Shown: positions 28,439-39,620 of the stretch, in pieces | How the letters are laid out: every line of letters starts with the position of its first letter | Position numbering within the stretch: position 1 is the stretch's first letter | NCBI GenBank assembly: GCA_963788095.1 | Contig: CAWBFP010000034.1 | Location: forward strand, 25,540-89,539 | DNA length: 64,000 bases | Direction: 5' to 3' | DNA from: an uncultured Alphaproteobacteria bacterium | GTDB taxonomy: Bacteria > Pseudomonadota > Alphaproteobacteria > Rhizobiales > Xanthobacteraceae | Translations under genes and position numbers: made by a program | Notes under the pieces: model-generated | The model's input: only the letters and a program-made list of their open reading frames with translations | Database searches by the model: none | What the model was told of the DNA's origin: nothing

Positions 28439-29990
28439 TCACCTCGCCACCAGCCGCCCATCGACACCCGTCCGCACCGTGCCGAGCCGGCGGATATAGG
28501 CCATCACCTCGTTGGCCATGAGCGGCGCGTCGTTGTCGGGCGTCACACGCTTGGCGTCGCGAAAGGTGTCATAGCCGTCGCCGCCGCGCGCGATGAAATC
28601 GTTGACGGCGACGCGATAGAGCCGCGTGTCGGAGAGCGGCGCGCCCGCCACCGTCATGGCCAGCACACGGCTGCCTGGCGGCCGCCGCGGATCGAAGCTG
28701 ATGGTCATGCCCGACACCTGGGGGAAACGCCCGGCCATATCCGGCAGCTGGGAGAGGCCGTTCTCGATCGCCGCGTTGAGGTCGCGGCCGGCAATTTCGA
28801 GCACCACCAGGCGATTGCCGAAGGGCAGTTCGGCCAGGATGTCCTTGCGCGTGATGGTCGTGCCCGGGGGATAGACCTTGCCGCCGCGGATGCCGCCGCC
28901 GTTGGCGACCGCGGCGTCCGCCCGCATCGTGTCGCGCATGGCGTCGGCGAACAGGTCGCCGATCGCCGCCTCGCCCAACCGCACCGTGGCGCTGCGGCTG
29001 TCGAGCTCGACCGCCGTGGTGCCGATCGCAACGTCCATTCCACGGGTGAGCGTGGCCTCGAACTTGGCGACCTCGGCGGCGACCACCGGATCCGGCGTCA
29101 CGGTCGCGGTATCGATGACCCGGAACTGCGGCCACCACTTGGTCTCGCGCCGGCCCTGGCTGACGGTCACGACGATGCTGATGTCGATTGCGACCACGTA
29201 GTGGGCGTCGTAGCTCGAACTCGGCGATCGCGCTCAGCTCGTCGTAGGTGATGAACAGATCGTGGGTGTGACCGGTGAGCAGGAGGTCGGCGGCGCGGGC
29301 AAACTGCAGGGCAAGTGCGTCGCCGCGGGTCATATGCGCCACGGCGACCACGAAATCGGCGCCCTCCCGTCGCAGCGCCGCCGCCTGCGCCTTTATGGTC
29401 TCGACCGTCGGGGCGAAGCGTAGATCCTCGGGCGAGGCGGTCTGCGGCGTATCCTCGAAGGTCGCGCCGGTCAAGCCGATGCGGACGCCGTCGAGCTCGA
29501 CCACGGCGCGGTCCTTGATTCCGGCAATCGGCGCGCCGTCCGGTCCACGCAGGTTGGCGGCGAAGATCGGGAAATTGGCTTCGCCCATGCGCTCGAGGAA
29601 CGTCGCCTTGCCGAAATCGAACTCGTGATTGCCGGGCGCGAAGATGTCGGGCCGGATCATGTTGGTGAGCGCGATGATGTGCGCGCCGCGATCGAGCCCG
29701 GACATCAGCGAGGGTGACAGCGTATCGCCACCATGCGCAAAGATGACATGCCCGCCCTTGGCGCGCTCGGCCTTGACCACCGCGGCCAGCCTTGCGAAGC
29801 CGCCCCGGCTCTTGCCATCGAACATGACCTGCTCGTTCATCAGGTATATGTCGTTGGTGAGCAGGAAGGTGATGGCGGTCCGGTGCGTGGTCTGCGCGGT
29901 TGCCGGCGGCGCCAGGCCGACGACCGCCAAAACGGCGAGGGAGAGCACAATGGCGCGGCGCGTGATCGACATGGCGGCTCCTGACGACAT
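28439..29990 (-). pseudogene. bifunctional metallophosphatase/5'-nucleotidase (UshA-like), single frameshift near 29200-29230 splitting metallophosphatase N-domain (28569..29990 frame) from 5'-nucleotidase C-domain (28439..29197 frame)
   Basis: N-part: signal peptide, GDTLSPS, GNHEFD, GHTHD motifs; C-part 5'-NT C-terminal domain (GGIRGG, FPQVSGM); frames meet at ..AIAEFEL / YDAHYVVAIDI. Confidence 0.7.
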
Positions 29991-30099
29991 GCCGGTGCCT
30001 TACCACGCGGGCGTCGCCGCGAGCTACAGGCCGGCATGAACGAGAAGAGCTCGAGCTTCACGGCCGTCGGAGCAGCCGCTGCCGCCGCAGCATCCGGCC

Positions 30100-31102
30100 G
30101 TGGCGCGCGGCCGCATCGGCGTCCTGCTGGTCAATCTCGGCACGCCGGACGCGACCGACTACTGGTCGATGCGCCGCTACCTGAAGGAATTCCTGTCCGA
30201 CCGCCGGGTGATCGAGGAGAACCGCCTCAAGTGGTGGTTGATCCTCAATCTCATCGTCCTGACGGTCCGGCCGCGGCGCAAAGGGGCGCGACTACGACAA
30301 GATCTGGAACCGGGAACGCGACGAATCGCCGCTCAAGACCATCACCCGTGCGCAAGCCGAGAAGCTGGCGGCGTCGCTCGCGCCGGTCGCATCCGAGCAT
30401 CATCGTCGACTGGGCGATGCGCTACGGCAATCCGTCGATCCCGTCGCGCCTGGCGAGCCTGCAGGCGCAAGGCTGCGAGCGCATCCTGCTGGTTCCGCTC
30501 TATCCGCAATACTGCCGCCGCCACCACCGCGACGGTGTGCGACAAGGCCTTTCGATGCGCTCAAGCGCATGCGCTGGCAGCCGGCGCTGCGGGTGGCGCC
30601 GCCTTACCACGACGACCCGGTCTACATCGAGGCGGTGGCATCGTCGCTCGAGGCGGAGCTCGCCGAAGCTGCCGTTCAGCCCGAGGTCGTCATCGCCTCG
30701 TTCCACGGCGTGCCGAAGGACTATCTCGCACAAGGGCGACCCATACCATTGCCATTGCGTCAAGACGCGCGGCTGCTGCGCGAGCGGCTCGGGCCTGGAC
30801 GAGGAGCAGCTTGATGCTGACGTTCCAGTCGCGCTTCGGCACGCGCCGAATGGCTGCAGCCCTACACCGACGAGACCGTCAAGGCGCTGGCCAAGCGCGG
30901 CGTCAAGCAGCTCGCCGTCGTCACGCCCGGCTTCGCGGCCGACTGCCTGGAGACGCTGGAAGAGATCGCCGGCGAGAACGCCGAGATCTTCAGGCATGCC
31001 GGCGGCGAGAACTTTGCCGCGATCCCGTGTCTCAACGACGGCGAGCAAGGAATGCACCTGATCCGCCACGTCGTTCTGCGCGAGTTGCAGGGCTGGATCT
31101 GA
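30100..31102 (+). pseudogene. hemH: ferrochelatase with ~9 reading-frame changes; all segments recognisable
   Basis: Segments in three frames reassemble into full HemH: [33 protein letters not shown] / [26 protein letters not shown] / [38 protein letters not shown] / [12 protein letters not shown] / [28 protein letters not shown]...[12 protein letters not shown] / [10 protein letters not shown] / ARLLRERLG / LDEEQL / MLTFQSRFG / [46 protein letters not shown]...[23 protein letters not shown]. Confidence 0.8.
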
Positions 31103-31137
31103 CCGATTCCCACCATTGCGAGCCGAAGGCGAAGCAA

Positions 31138-31232
31138 TCGAGCGAGTGGCGAATAGCGAGTGGCGAATGGCGAGAGGGATTGGCGAGTGGCGACCTCTCC
31201 ATTCGCCATCGCTATCGCTGTCGCTATTCGCA
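31138..31232. repeat. second member of heptamer-hairpin repeat family (AGCGAGT GGCGAAT AGCGAGT GGCGAAT ... ATTCGCC ATCGCTA TCGCTGT CGCTATT)
   Basis: Same GCGAAT-type heptamers arranged as inverted arms in hemH-SPFH intergenic region. Confidence 0.7.
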
Positions 31233-31344
31233 TGATTCGCCGCGACGCTCCCTGCAATGACGAACAAGGCCGCGGCTTGCCTATTGCTGCGGCCCGGCGC
31301 GGGTTCCACAATCCGGCGCACGACGCGATCAGGGGGCCTCTCGC

Positions 31345-32367
31345 ATGTTTCCGCTCGGACTGGACATCTTCGTCATCGTCATCGTCGTGCTTGCCGTCCT
31401 CACCTTGTTCGCCGGCGTCAAGACCGTCGGCGCAAGGCTACAAGTGGACGGTCGAGCGCTTCGGCCGCTACATCCGCACGCTGTCGCCGGGCCTCAACCT
31501 GATCGTGCCGTACTTCGACCGCATCGGCCGCAAGATGAACATGATGGAGCAGGTGATCGAGATCCCGCAGCAGGACGTGATCACCAAGGACAACGCCACG
31601 GTCACGGTCGACGGCATCGCGTTCTTCCAGGTCTTCGATGCCGCCAAGGCGAGCTACGAGGTGTCCAATCTCGACCATGCGATCGTGCAGCTCACGATGA
31701 CCAACATCCGCTCGGTGATGGGCGCGATGGACCTCGACCAGATGCTTTCGCACCGCGACGAGATCAACGAGCGGCTGTTGCGCGTGGTCGACGCCGCGGT
31801 GTCGCCCTGGGGCGTCAAGGTCAACCGGATCGAGATCAAGGACATCATCCCGCCGGCCAATCTGGTCGAGGCGATGGGGCGGCAGATGAAGGCCGAGCGC
31901 GACAAGCGGGCCGAGATCCTGCAGGCCGAGGGCCAGCGGCAGTCCGAGATCCTGCGCGCCGAAGGCGCCAAGCAGTCGCAGATCCTCGAGGCCGAAGGGC
32001 GCCGCGAGGCGGCCTTTCGCGACGCCGAGGGCCGCGAGCGCCTCGCCCAGGCCGAAGCCAAGGCGACCGAGATGGTGAGCGAGGCGGTGGCGCGCGGCGA
32101 CGTCGCAGCTCTCAACTACTTCGTCGCCGAGAAGTACCTCAAGGCGTTCGCGCAACTTGCCGAATCGCCGAACCAGAAGATTCTCATGCTGCCGATCGAG
32201 GCGACGAGCGTGCTGGGCGCGCTCGGAGGCATCGGCGAGATCGCGCGCGCGACCTTCGGTCCGGACGGCAGGCCGCCGGCGCCGCCGGCGTCGACGACAC
32301 GGCGTCCCACCGGTGCCGCCGACAAGCCCTGGCGGCGTGGTCGTCAGACCGGGCGGACCGATCATGA
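31345..32367 (+). pseudogene. SPFH/band-7 (stomatin-like) protein, frame-disrupted at ~31425 and near C-terminus
   Basis: N-term TM MFPLGLDIFVIVIVVLAVLTLFAGVKTV in frame 1; SPFH core (QGYKWTVERFGRYIRTLSPGLNLIVPYFDRIG...EIKDIIPPANLVEAMGRQMKAERDKRAEIL..) in frame 2; frame-1 stop 32365-32367 overlaps nfeD ATG (ATGATGA). Confidence 0.7.
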
Positions 32368-32815
32368 TGAACGCACTCGTCGGCCTTGGCGTATGGAACT
32401 GGTTCATCCTCGGCGGCGTGCTGCTTGCGCTCGAGATCATTGCGCCCGGCACCTTCATGCTGTGGCTTGGGCTCTCGGCCATCGCGGTCGGGCTGATCTC
32501 GCTCGTCGATCGTTTGGCCGTGGCAGGCCCAGCTGGTCGCGTTCGCGGTGCTCTCGATCGCCTCGATCGTGCTGTGGCGCCGCTTCGGCGGGAAGGCGGA
32601 CGAGGTCCGCTCGCAGCCCTTCCTCAATCGGCGGGCGGAGGGATTCGTCGGCCGGGTATTCACGCTGGAACGGCCGATCGTCGACGGCGCCGGCGCGGTC
32701 CGGATCGGCGACACCATGTGGCAGCGTGAGGGGGCCGGACTCGCCTGCCGGCTCGCGCGTCAAGGTCAGCGACGCCGACGGGCCGGTCCTGATCGTGGAG
32801 CCGACCCGGGAATAG
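32364..32815 (+). pseudogene. NfeD-family membrane protein (partner of SPFH protein), 2 frame changes (~32505, ~32730)
   Basis: MMNALVGLGVWNWFILGGVLLALEIIAPGTFMLWLGLSAIAVGLISLV / ..SIASIVLWRRFGGKADEVRSQPFLNRRAEGFVGRVFTLERPIVDGAGAVRIGDTMWQ / ..GPDSPAGSRVKVSDADGPVLIVEP in three frames; NfeD OB-fold C-terminus. Confidence 0.6.
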
Positions 32816-33871
32816 CTACGCCACGCCGGCGCGCAAGAGATGGTGGAAGTGGACGATGCCGACCGGCTTGCCCGCATCGACCACCAGCAGGACCGACACT
32901 TTCGAGCTGTTGAGCAGTTCGAGCGCCTCGCTCACCAGCTGGTCGGGCCGCACGGTCTTCGGATCGCGCGACATGATGGCCTCGACCGCCACGTCCGGCA
33001 GGTCGGGCCGCAGCTGCCGCCGCAAATCACCGTCGGTGATGATACCGACGAGCTGTCCGGCACGGTCGGTGATGCCGACACAGCCCGCAACATACTCGCC
33101 TCCCTTGCGCGACATTTCGACGGCCGCCCGCGCCACGCGAGTGCCGAGCGGCGCCAGCGGCACGGCGTCGCCGGTCTGCATGACGTCGCGCACGAACTTG
33201 AGCTGGGCGCCGAGCCTGCCGCCGGGATGGAACACGCGGAAATCGATGGCGGTAAAGCCGCGGCTCTCCAACAGCGCGATCGCCAGTGCATCTCCGAGCA
33301 CGAGCTGCATCAGGGAGGACGTCGTCGGGGCCAGGTTGTGCGGGCAGGCTTCGCGCGCCGGCGGCAGCACCAAGGCGACCTCGGCGGCCTTGCCGAGCGT
33401 GCTGCCGGCATTGGCGGTGACCGCAATGAGGCCGATACGAAACCGCCGCGAATAGTCGGTCAGGTCCTTGAGCTCGACGGTCTCGCCCGACCACGACAGC
33501 GCCAGGATCACGTCGTCGGCGGTGATCATGCCGAGGTCGCCGTGGCTCGCCTCGCTCGGGTGGACGAAGAAGGCGGGCGTGCCGGTGGAGGCGAACGTCG
33601 CCGCGATCTTGCGCCCGACATGGCCCGACTTGCCCATGCCGGTGACGATCACGCGGCCGCGTGCGCCATGCATCAGCTCGACCGCCGCCGCGAACGCCGG
33701 TCCGAGGTCCGCCCGCATGGCCGCCGTGAGCTCGGCAATGCCACCCGCCTCGGCATCGAGCGTGCGCTCGGCCGACTCGATCAGCGCCCGCGTACGGTTG
33801 CGTGCGTCGGTGCGTGGTCGGGTCGTGGGCATGCGGTCCGGAATCAGGGAACGGTGGGGAGGAGATAGCAC
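32816..33871 (-). CDS. kpsF: KpsF/GutQ-family arabinose-5-phosphate isomerase (SIS + tandem CBS domains)
   Basis: SIS motif VIVTGMGKSGHVGRKIAATFASTGTPAFFVHPSEASHGDLG; two CBS domains at C-terminus; start may be internal (MPTTRP). Confidence 0.8.
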   Translation of the reverse strand: MLSPPHRSLIPDRMPTTRPRTDARNRTRALIESAERTLDAEAGGIAELTAAMRADLGPAFAAAVELMHGARGRVIVTGMGKSGHVGRKIAATFASTGTPAFFVHPSEASHGDLGMITADDVILALSWSGETVELKDLTDYSRRFRIGLIAVTANAGSTLGKAAEVALVLPPAREACPHNLAPTTSSLMQLVLGDALAIALLESRGFTAIDFRVFHPGGRLGAQLKFVRDVMQTGDAVPLAPLGTRVARAAVEMSRKGGEYVAGCVGITDRAGQLVGIITDGDLRRQLRPDLPDVAVEAIMSRDPKTVRPDQLVSEALELLNSSKVSVLLVVDAGKPVGIVHFHHLLRAGVA

Positions 33872-33994
33872 GAACCGGGCCCCGGCGGCGACCGCCGGGG
33901 CCCGGTCAACCCGGCGTTAACCATAGCCGTTTTATCCCCGTTAACCAGGGCCCGCCAGCCGCGAGGATGTCGCCCGTGCCTCGCGTTCGCTGCG

Positions 33995-34876
33995 CTAGCC
34001 GTTGCTCAGCAGCCGTTTGAGCTCCTCCCGGAATTCCGGCGCGATGTCATCGCGTGCCAGCGCATAGGCCACGTTGGCGGCGAGGAAACCGATCTTGGAA
34101 CCGCAATCGAAGATGCGGCCGTCGAAGCGGTAGCCGAAGAACGGCTGCGCATCGGCAAGCGTTCGCATGGCGTCGGTGATCTGGATCTCGCCGCCGGCGC
34201 CTGCGGCCTGGGTCTCGAGCAATGCAAAGATTTCCGGGTGCAGGATGTAACGCCCGGAGATCATCAAGTTCGACGGCGCCTGCGCCGGCGTCGGCTTCTC
34301 GACCATCGAGGTGACGCGAAAGCCCTTCCCGCGCGCCTCGCCGACGCCGACGATGCCGTATTGCGACACTTGCTCGCGCGGAACCTCCGACACCGCGATG
34401 ACGTTGCCGCCGCCGGTCTCGGCGTACACTTCAATCATTCCGGCGAGGCAGCCGGGCGCTGCCGCATGATGCAGCATGTCAGGGAGCAGCAGCGCGAACG
34501 GCTCGTTGCCGACCAGTTCGCGCGCGCACCACACCGCATGGCCGAGGCCCAGCGGCTCTTGCTGGCGGGTGAAGCTCGTCTGCCCGGCGCCGGGAAGCTC
34601 GGCTTCGAGCAAATCGAGCTCCGCGCTCTTGCCGCGCCTTTGCAAGGTGGCCTCGAGCTCGAACTGCTTGTCGAAATGATCCTCGATCACCCCCTTGTTG
34701 CGCCCGGTCACGAAAATGAAATGCTCGATACCGGCCTGGCGGGCCTCGTCGACCACGTGCTGGATCACCGGTCGGTCGACGACCGGCAGCATCTCTTTCG
34801 GCATCGCCTTGGTGGCAGGCAGGAAGCGCGTGCCGAGGCCCGCGACGGGAAAAACGGCTTTGCGGATGGGCTTCAT
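33995..34876 (-). CDS. galU: UTP-glucose-1-phosphate uridylyltransferase
   Basis: [45 protein letters not shown].. canonical GalU N-terminus; 293 aa. Confidence 0.85.
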   Translation of the reverse strand: MKPIRKAVFPVAGLGTRFLPATKAMPKEMLPVVDRPVIQHVVDEARQAGIEHFIFVTGRNKGVIEDHFDKQFELEATLQRRGKSAELDLLEAELPGAGQTSFTRQQEPLGLGHAVWCARELVGNEPFALLLPDMLHHAAAPGCLAGMIEVYAETGGGNVIAVSEVPREQVSQYGIVGVGEARGKGFRVTSMVEKPTPAQAPSNLMISGRYILHPEIFALLETQAAGAGGEIQITDAMRTLADAQPFFGYRFDGRIFDCGSKIGFLAANVAYALARDDIAPEFREELKRLLSNG

Positions 34877-35046
34877 GATCGGTCGAGCAGCGGGGGAGGG
34901 GCGGGAATCGCGATTTGCCCAACAGGCACAAATCCTTGGTGTGGGCAAGGGTTCCCATGGGCGCGCCGGCGGCCGGCTGCCAACAAGCTGCCACACGCGC
35001 GCCGCCCTTCGGGTCGACAATTCATGGGCATCTTGCAGGGAGTGCG

Positions 35047-36388
35047 ATGAGACGGTCGAAGCTGATTGCGAGCGCGGCTGCGTTGGCGGCGACTTTCGTC
35101 GGTGTCGTCAACGTGCAGGCGCAGGTGGACGAGCGGCTGCCGATCACGCTGCCACCGGTCGGATCGATCGGCTCCACCCTTGAGCCGGCGGCGCGCGAAT
35201 GGAGCGGGCAGGCGGGCGCGTCGGGTCATCCGCTCATGTCGGTCGAGGCGATCCAAGGCGCAGCCGCCAATTTTCCAGCTTGCATCGAGGGCCTATGGCC
35301 GGCCGCCGCGCGTCGCGGCATCTCGCGCCAAAGTTTTGACCGGCACGCGGCGGGGCTGACGCCCGATCTGCGCATCATGGACCTGCTCGATGCGCAGCCG
35401 GAGTTCGAGAAAGCGCTGTGGGAGTACCTCGACCTCCTGGTTACCGAGGAACGCATTGCGCGCGGCCGCGAACTCCTGGCGCAGCACAAGGCGACCTTCG
35501 ACGCCGTCGAGAACGCCTACGGGATCGACCGCCACGTGGTGGCGGCGATCTGGGGCGTCGAGACCAAGTTCGGGGCGATCACCGGCGAGCGTCCGCTCGT
35601 CCGCTCGACCGCCACGCTCGCCTGCGTCGGCCGGCGTCAGGACTATTTCCAGAATGAGTTCCTGGCGGTGCTGGAGATTCTCCACAACGGCGACGTCGCC
35701 GCCGATCAGCTCAAGGGCTCGTGGGCGGGGGCCTTCGGCGGCACGCAATTCATGCCCACCGTCTTCAAACGCTACGCCGTCGATTTCGACCGCGACGGAC
35801 CGCCGCAACCTGGTCGGGTCGATACCCGATCTGATCGCATCGACCGCCAACTACCTCAAGCAACACGGCTGGGTCGCGGGCCAGCCGTGGGGCTACGAGG
35901 TCGTCGTGCCCCAAAACTTCGACTATCGGCTGGCCGACCGCGCACGGGTGCAAACGATCCGGCAGTGGGAGCAGCTCGGCATCCGACGCACCGGCGGCAG
36001 GCCCTTCGAGCGGTCCGACGAGCGAGCCTACCTGTTGGTACCGGCAGGCGCCCGCGGCCCCGGTTTCCTGATGCTCGCCAATTTCCGCGCGATCATGCGC
36101 TACAATCCGGCAGAGGCCTACGCGCTGGCGATCGGACACCTCGCCGACCGTTTGCGGGGCGGCGAGCCGTTCCTGCAGCAGTGGCCGCGCGACGAACGCG
36201 TGTTGTCGCGCACCGAGCGATTGGAGCTGCAGCAGCGGCTGGCAAGCCGCGGGTTCGATATCGGCGAGCCCGATGGACGCTTCGGCCCCAAAACTCGCGC
36301 GGCGATCCGCGACTATCAGGCCGGCGCCGGGCTGGTTCCGGACGGGTTTGCATCTGGCGCGCTGCTGACGCGGTTGCGTGCGCAATAG
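35047..36388 (+). pseudogene. lytic murein transglycosylase (MltB family, C-terminal peptidoglycan-binding domain), one frameshift at ~35795
   Basis: Signal peptide [25 protein letters not shown]; MltB motifs (HVVAAIWGVETKFG, GSWAGAFGGTQFMP); after ..AVDFDRDG frame shifts to ..RRNLVGSIPDLIASTANYLKQHGW..; PG-binding repeat (LQQRLASRGFDIGEPDGRFGPKTRAAIRDYQ). Confidence 0.75.
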
Positions 36389-36485
36389 TCTTGCAGCGCC
36401 GCCAGAAGCCTATACCTTCGAGTTGACACTTTCCTCGGCTATCGGCGTTGATCCTCCGAGGGCGCATTCGCGAAGGCGAGCAGGC

Positions 36486-38146
36486 ATGGATCGCAGGGCC
36501 AAATCCGAACCGAGCCATCGCCGCACTGGGCTTTCGGCGGCGTTGCTGGCTGCCGGTTGGCTGGCGGTCGAGGGCGCCGCCGCCTTGGTCGGCGTGAGCG
36601 CGGTGGCGGTCCCGGCGCAAGCGCAGTTCTTTGACTTCTTCTCGCGTCCGCCCGGCTCGATTCCTGGTGGCGGGTACCAGCAGCGCAATCGGCAGCAGCA
36701 GCAGCGCGAACGCGGGTTCGGTTTCGGGTTTTTCGGCGGTGGCAATTGGAATTACCAGCAGCAGGACCCTTGGGCGCCGCCGCCGCCGCGCCGGGTCGAG
36801 CGGCCGCAGGTCGAGCGGCCGCAGCCGCAGGGGGATTTCAGCAAGGCGCCCCCGCCGGCGCGCAAGGAGGCCGACGCCCCCATCAGCGTCTTGGTGCTGG
36901 GGAACTCGATGGCCGATTGGCTTGCCTACGGTTTGGAGGACGCGTTCTCCGACACGCCCGAGCTTGGTGTCACGCGTCGCCATCGCACCGGGTCGGGCTT
37001 GCTGCGTAGCGAAGGCCGCGACGCCTACGACTGGGTGCAGGGGGCCAAGGATTCGCTGGCGCGCGACAAGGCGGACTTCGTCGTGATGATGATCGGACTT
37101 GGCGATCGTCACCCGATCCGCGAGCGCCAACCGGCGCGCGCGAACCAACCGGCGGGGCAGAAACCGGGTGAGCCGGCCAAGCCGGCGGAGGCCCCCAAGG
37201 CCGCCGATCCGGCCAAGCCTGCGAACCGCAAAGCCTGCCGAAGTCGCCAAGCCCGCCGAAACGGCAAAGGCCGGCGACAGCCAGGAAGCCGAAGTCCCGG
37301 CTCCGGAACAGCCCGCGCCCGCCGGGCCGGAGACTCGGGCGTCCTGGGGCCGTCGTATCGTATGAGTTCCGCTCCGACAAATGGAGCGAGATCTATGGCA
37401 GGCGCATCGACGAGACGATCGCCGCGCTGAAGACCAAGCGGGTGCCGGTCATATGGGTCGGCCTGCCGCCGATTCGCGGGACGCGATCGCGCGCCGAGGT
37501 GTCGTTCCTGAACGAAATGTACAAGGCGCGAGCAGAGAAAGCGGGGACCGTCTACGTCGATGTCTGGGACGGCTTCATGGATGAATCCGGCGAGTTCTCG
37601 AACTTCGGGCCGGACATCATCGGGCAGAACCGCCGCCTGCGCGCCGGCGACGGCGTGCACTTCACCAAGGCTGGCGCGCGCAAGCTCGCGCACTATGTCG
37701 AGCGCGAAATTCGCCGGTTGCTCAACCAAGCGACCCCGGTCGCGTTGCCGATTCCTGATGAACCGCAGAAACCCTTGGCCGTGCCGCAGCCGAGCGGCCC
37801 TGCGCCGCGGCCGGTAGCCGGACCGGTGGTGCCACTGACCGGGCACACGCCCGCCGCGGAAGCGCTGCTCGGGAGCGCCGGGCAAGGCAACATCACGGCC
37901 GATTCGGTTGCGGTGCGCGTGCTGGTGAAGGGCGAGCCGGTCGAAGCGCCTAGCGGCCGAGCTGACCATTTTTCCTGGCCGCGCACCGATGGCGCCGCCG
38001 CCGACCAGATCGAGCCGGCGGACCCGATCGCGTCCGCCCAGCCTCGCCCGGCCGCTCCGGCGGCCGCGGCGCGCGCGGCTCTCCCGCGCGCGGGCCAACG
38101 GCCGCCGGCGCAGTCGGACGCGAAGCCGGCGCGGGCCGTGCGTTAG
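36486..38146 (+). pseudogene. SGNH/GDSL hydrolase family protein (DUF459-like) with internal Pro/Ala/Lys-rich low-complexity insert; at least 2 frame changes (~37225 and 37355-37363, the latter a 5-bp tandem duplication tcgta-tcgta)
   Basis: N-part: signal/TM, Q-rich region, VLVLGNSMADWL (GDS(L)-like block); C-part in another frame: SYEFRSDKWSEIYGRRIDETIAALKTKRVPVIWVGLPPIRG...DGVHFTKAGARKLAHYVEREI. Confidence 0.6.
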
Positions 38147-38201
38147 GTCATCATTGCGAAGAGCTTTTCGCTCTCGCGCCGCGCGCTCGGCCGAATGACC
38201 G

Positions 38202-39620
38202 TTACCGCGGCAGCGTGGTCGATCCCATCAGGAATTTGTCGACCGAGTGGGCCGCCTGTCGTCCTTCGCAAATCGCCCACACCACCAGCGACTGGCCGCG
38301 GCGCATGTCGCCGGCCGCGAACACTTTCGGGTGCGAGGTGCGGTAGGCGAGGGTGTCGGCGGCGACGTTGCCGCGCGGATCGAGCGCGATGCCCAGTCTC
38401 TCGATCATGCCCTCGTGCACCGGGTGCACGAAGCCCATGGCGAGCAGCACCAGATCGGCGCGCAGCTCGAACTCGGTCCCGGGGATCGGCTTGAACTTCT
38501 CGTCGATCTTGATGCAGCGCAGCTTTTTCACGCGCCCGTGCTCGCCGGTGAACTCCTGCGTCATGACCGAGAAGTCGCGCTCGGCGCCCTCCTCGTGGCT
38601 GGACGAGGTGCGCATCTTCAGCGGCCATTCCGGCCACACCAGGAGCTTGTCCTCGTTGTCCGGCGGGCGCGGCATGATCTCGAGCTGCACGATAGAGACC
38701 GCGCCTTGCCGCGCCGACGTGCCGATGCAGTCGGAGCCGGTGTCGCCGCCGCCGATGACGATCACGTGCTTACCGCCGGCGAGGATCGGCTGCACGTTGC
38801 CGACCGGCTCGCCGGCGACGCGCCGGTTCTGCTGCGGCAGGAAATCCATGGCGAAGTGGATGCCGTCGAGCTCGCGGCCGGGTATCGGCAGGTCGCGCGG
38901 TTTCTCGGCGCCGCCCGCAAGCACCACCGCATCGTGCTCCTCGACCACCACCTCGATCGGCAGGTTCTCGCCGACGTGGGCGCCATAGTGGAAGGTGACG
39001 CCTTCGGTCTCCATCTGCGTCACGCGGCGATCGACGTGGTGGCGATGCATCTTGAAATCGGGGATGCCGTAGCGCAGCAGGCCGCCCGCCTTGGCGTGCT
39101 TCTCGTACACGTGCACGGCGTGGCCGGCGCGCGCCAGCTGCTGCGCGCATGCCATGCCGGCGGGCCCCGAGCCGACGATCGCGACCTTTTTGCCGGTCCG
39201 CGACGTGGGGGGCTCGGGATGCACCCAGCCGCGCTCCCAGCCGCGATCGATGATCGCGCATTCGATGGTCTTGATGGTGACCGGACTGTCGATCAGGTTG
39301 AGCGTGCAGGCGGCTTCGCACGGGGCCGGGCAGACGCGCCCGGTAAACTCCGGGAAGTTGTTGGTGGAATGCAGGTCGCGCAGCGCCTCTTCCCAGTTGT
39401 TGCGATAGACCAGATCGTTCCAGTCCGGGATCTGATTGTTCACCGGGCAGCCGTTGTGACAGTAGGGAATGGCGCAGTTCATGCAGCGCGCGGCCTGGTC
39501 GCGCGTCGCCTCCTCCGACAGCGGGATCATGAACTCGCCGTAGTGGCGCACGCGATCGCCGGCCGGCGCATAGCGCCGGTCCCGCCGGTCGATTTCGAGA
39601 AAGCCCGTAACCTTGCCCAT
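38202..39620 (-). CDS. gltD: glutamate synthase (NADPH) small subunit
   Basis: 472 aa; 4Fe-4S cysteines ([14 protein letters not shown]), FAD/NAD(P) Rossmann motifs ([14 protein letters not shown]; [12 protein letters not shown]). Confidence 0.9.
   Translation of the reverse strand: MGKVTGFLEIDRRDRRYAPAGDRVRHYGEFMIPLSEEATRDQAARCMNCAIPYCHNGCPVNNQIPDWNDLVYRNNWEEALRDLHSTNNFPEFTGRVCPAPCEAACTLNLIDSPVTIKTIECAIIDRGWERGWVHPEPPTSRTGKKVAIVGSGPAGMACAQQLARAGHAVHVYEKHAKAGGLLRYGIPDFKMHRHHVDRRVTQMETEGVTFHYGAHVGENLPIEVVVEEHDAVVLAGGAEKPRDLPIPGRELDGIHFAMDFLPQQNRRVAGEPVGNVQPILAGGKHVIVIGGGDTGSDCIGTSARQGAVSIVQLEIMPRPPDNEDKLLVWPEWPLKMRTSSSHEEGAERDFSVMTQEFTGEHGRVKKLRCIKIDEKFKPIPGTEFELRADLVLLAMGFVHPVHEGMIERLGIALDPRGNVAADTLAYRTSHPKVFAAGDMRRGQSLVVWAICEGRQAAHSVDKFLMGSTTLPR

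Noticed and set aside
30036-31260. ORFs 30036..31061 and 30100..31260 as two separate overlapping proteins
   Set aside because: They are alternative frames of one frame-disrupted ferrochelatase. Each contains islands of HemH sequence separated by Arg-rich off-frame translation.
31160-32815. 551-aa ORF spanning SPFH and NfeD regions as a single fusion protein
   Set aside because: It reads through in one frame only because of frame disruptions. The N-terminal third is Arg-rich nonsense, and the real products are a stomatin-like protein and an NfeD protein in shifting frames.
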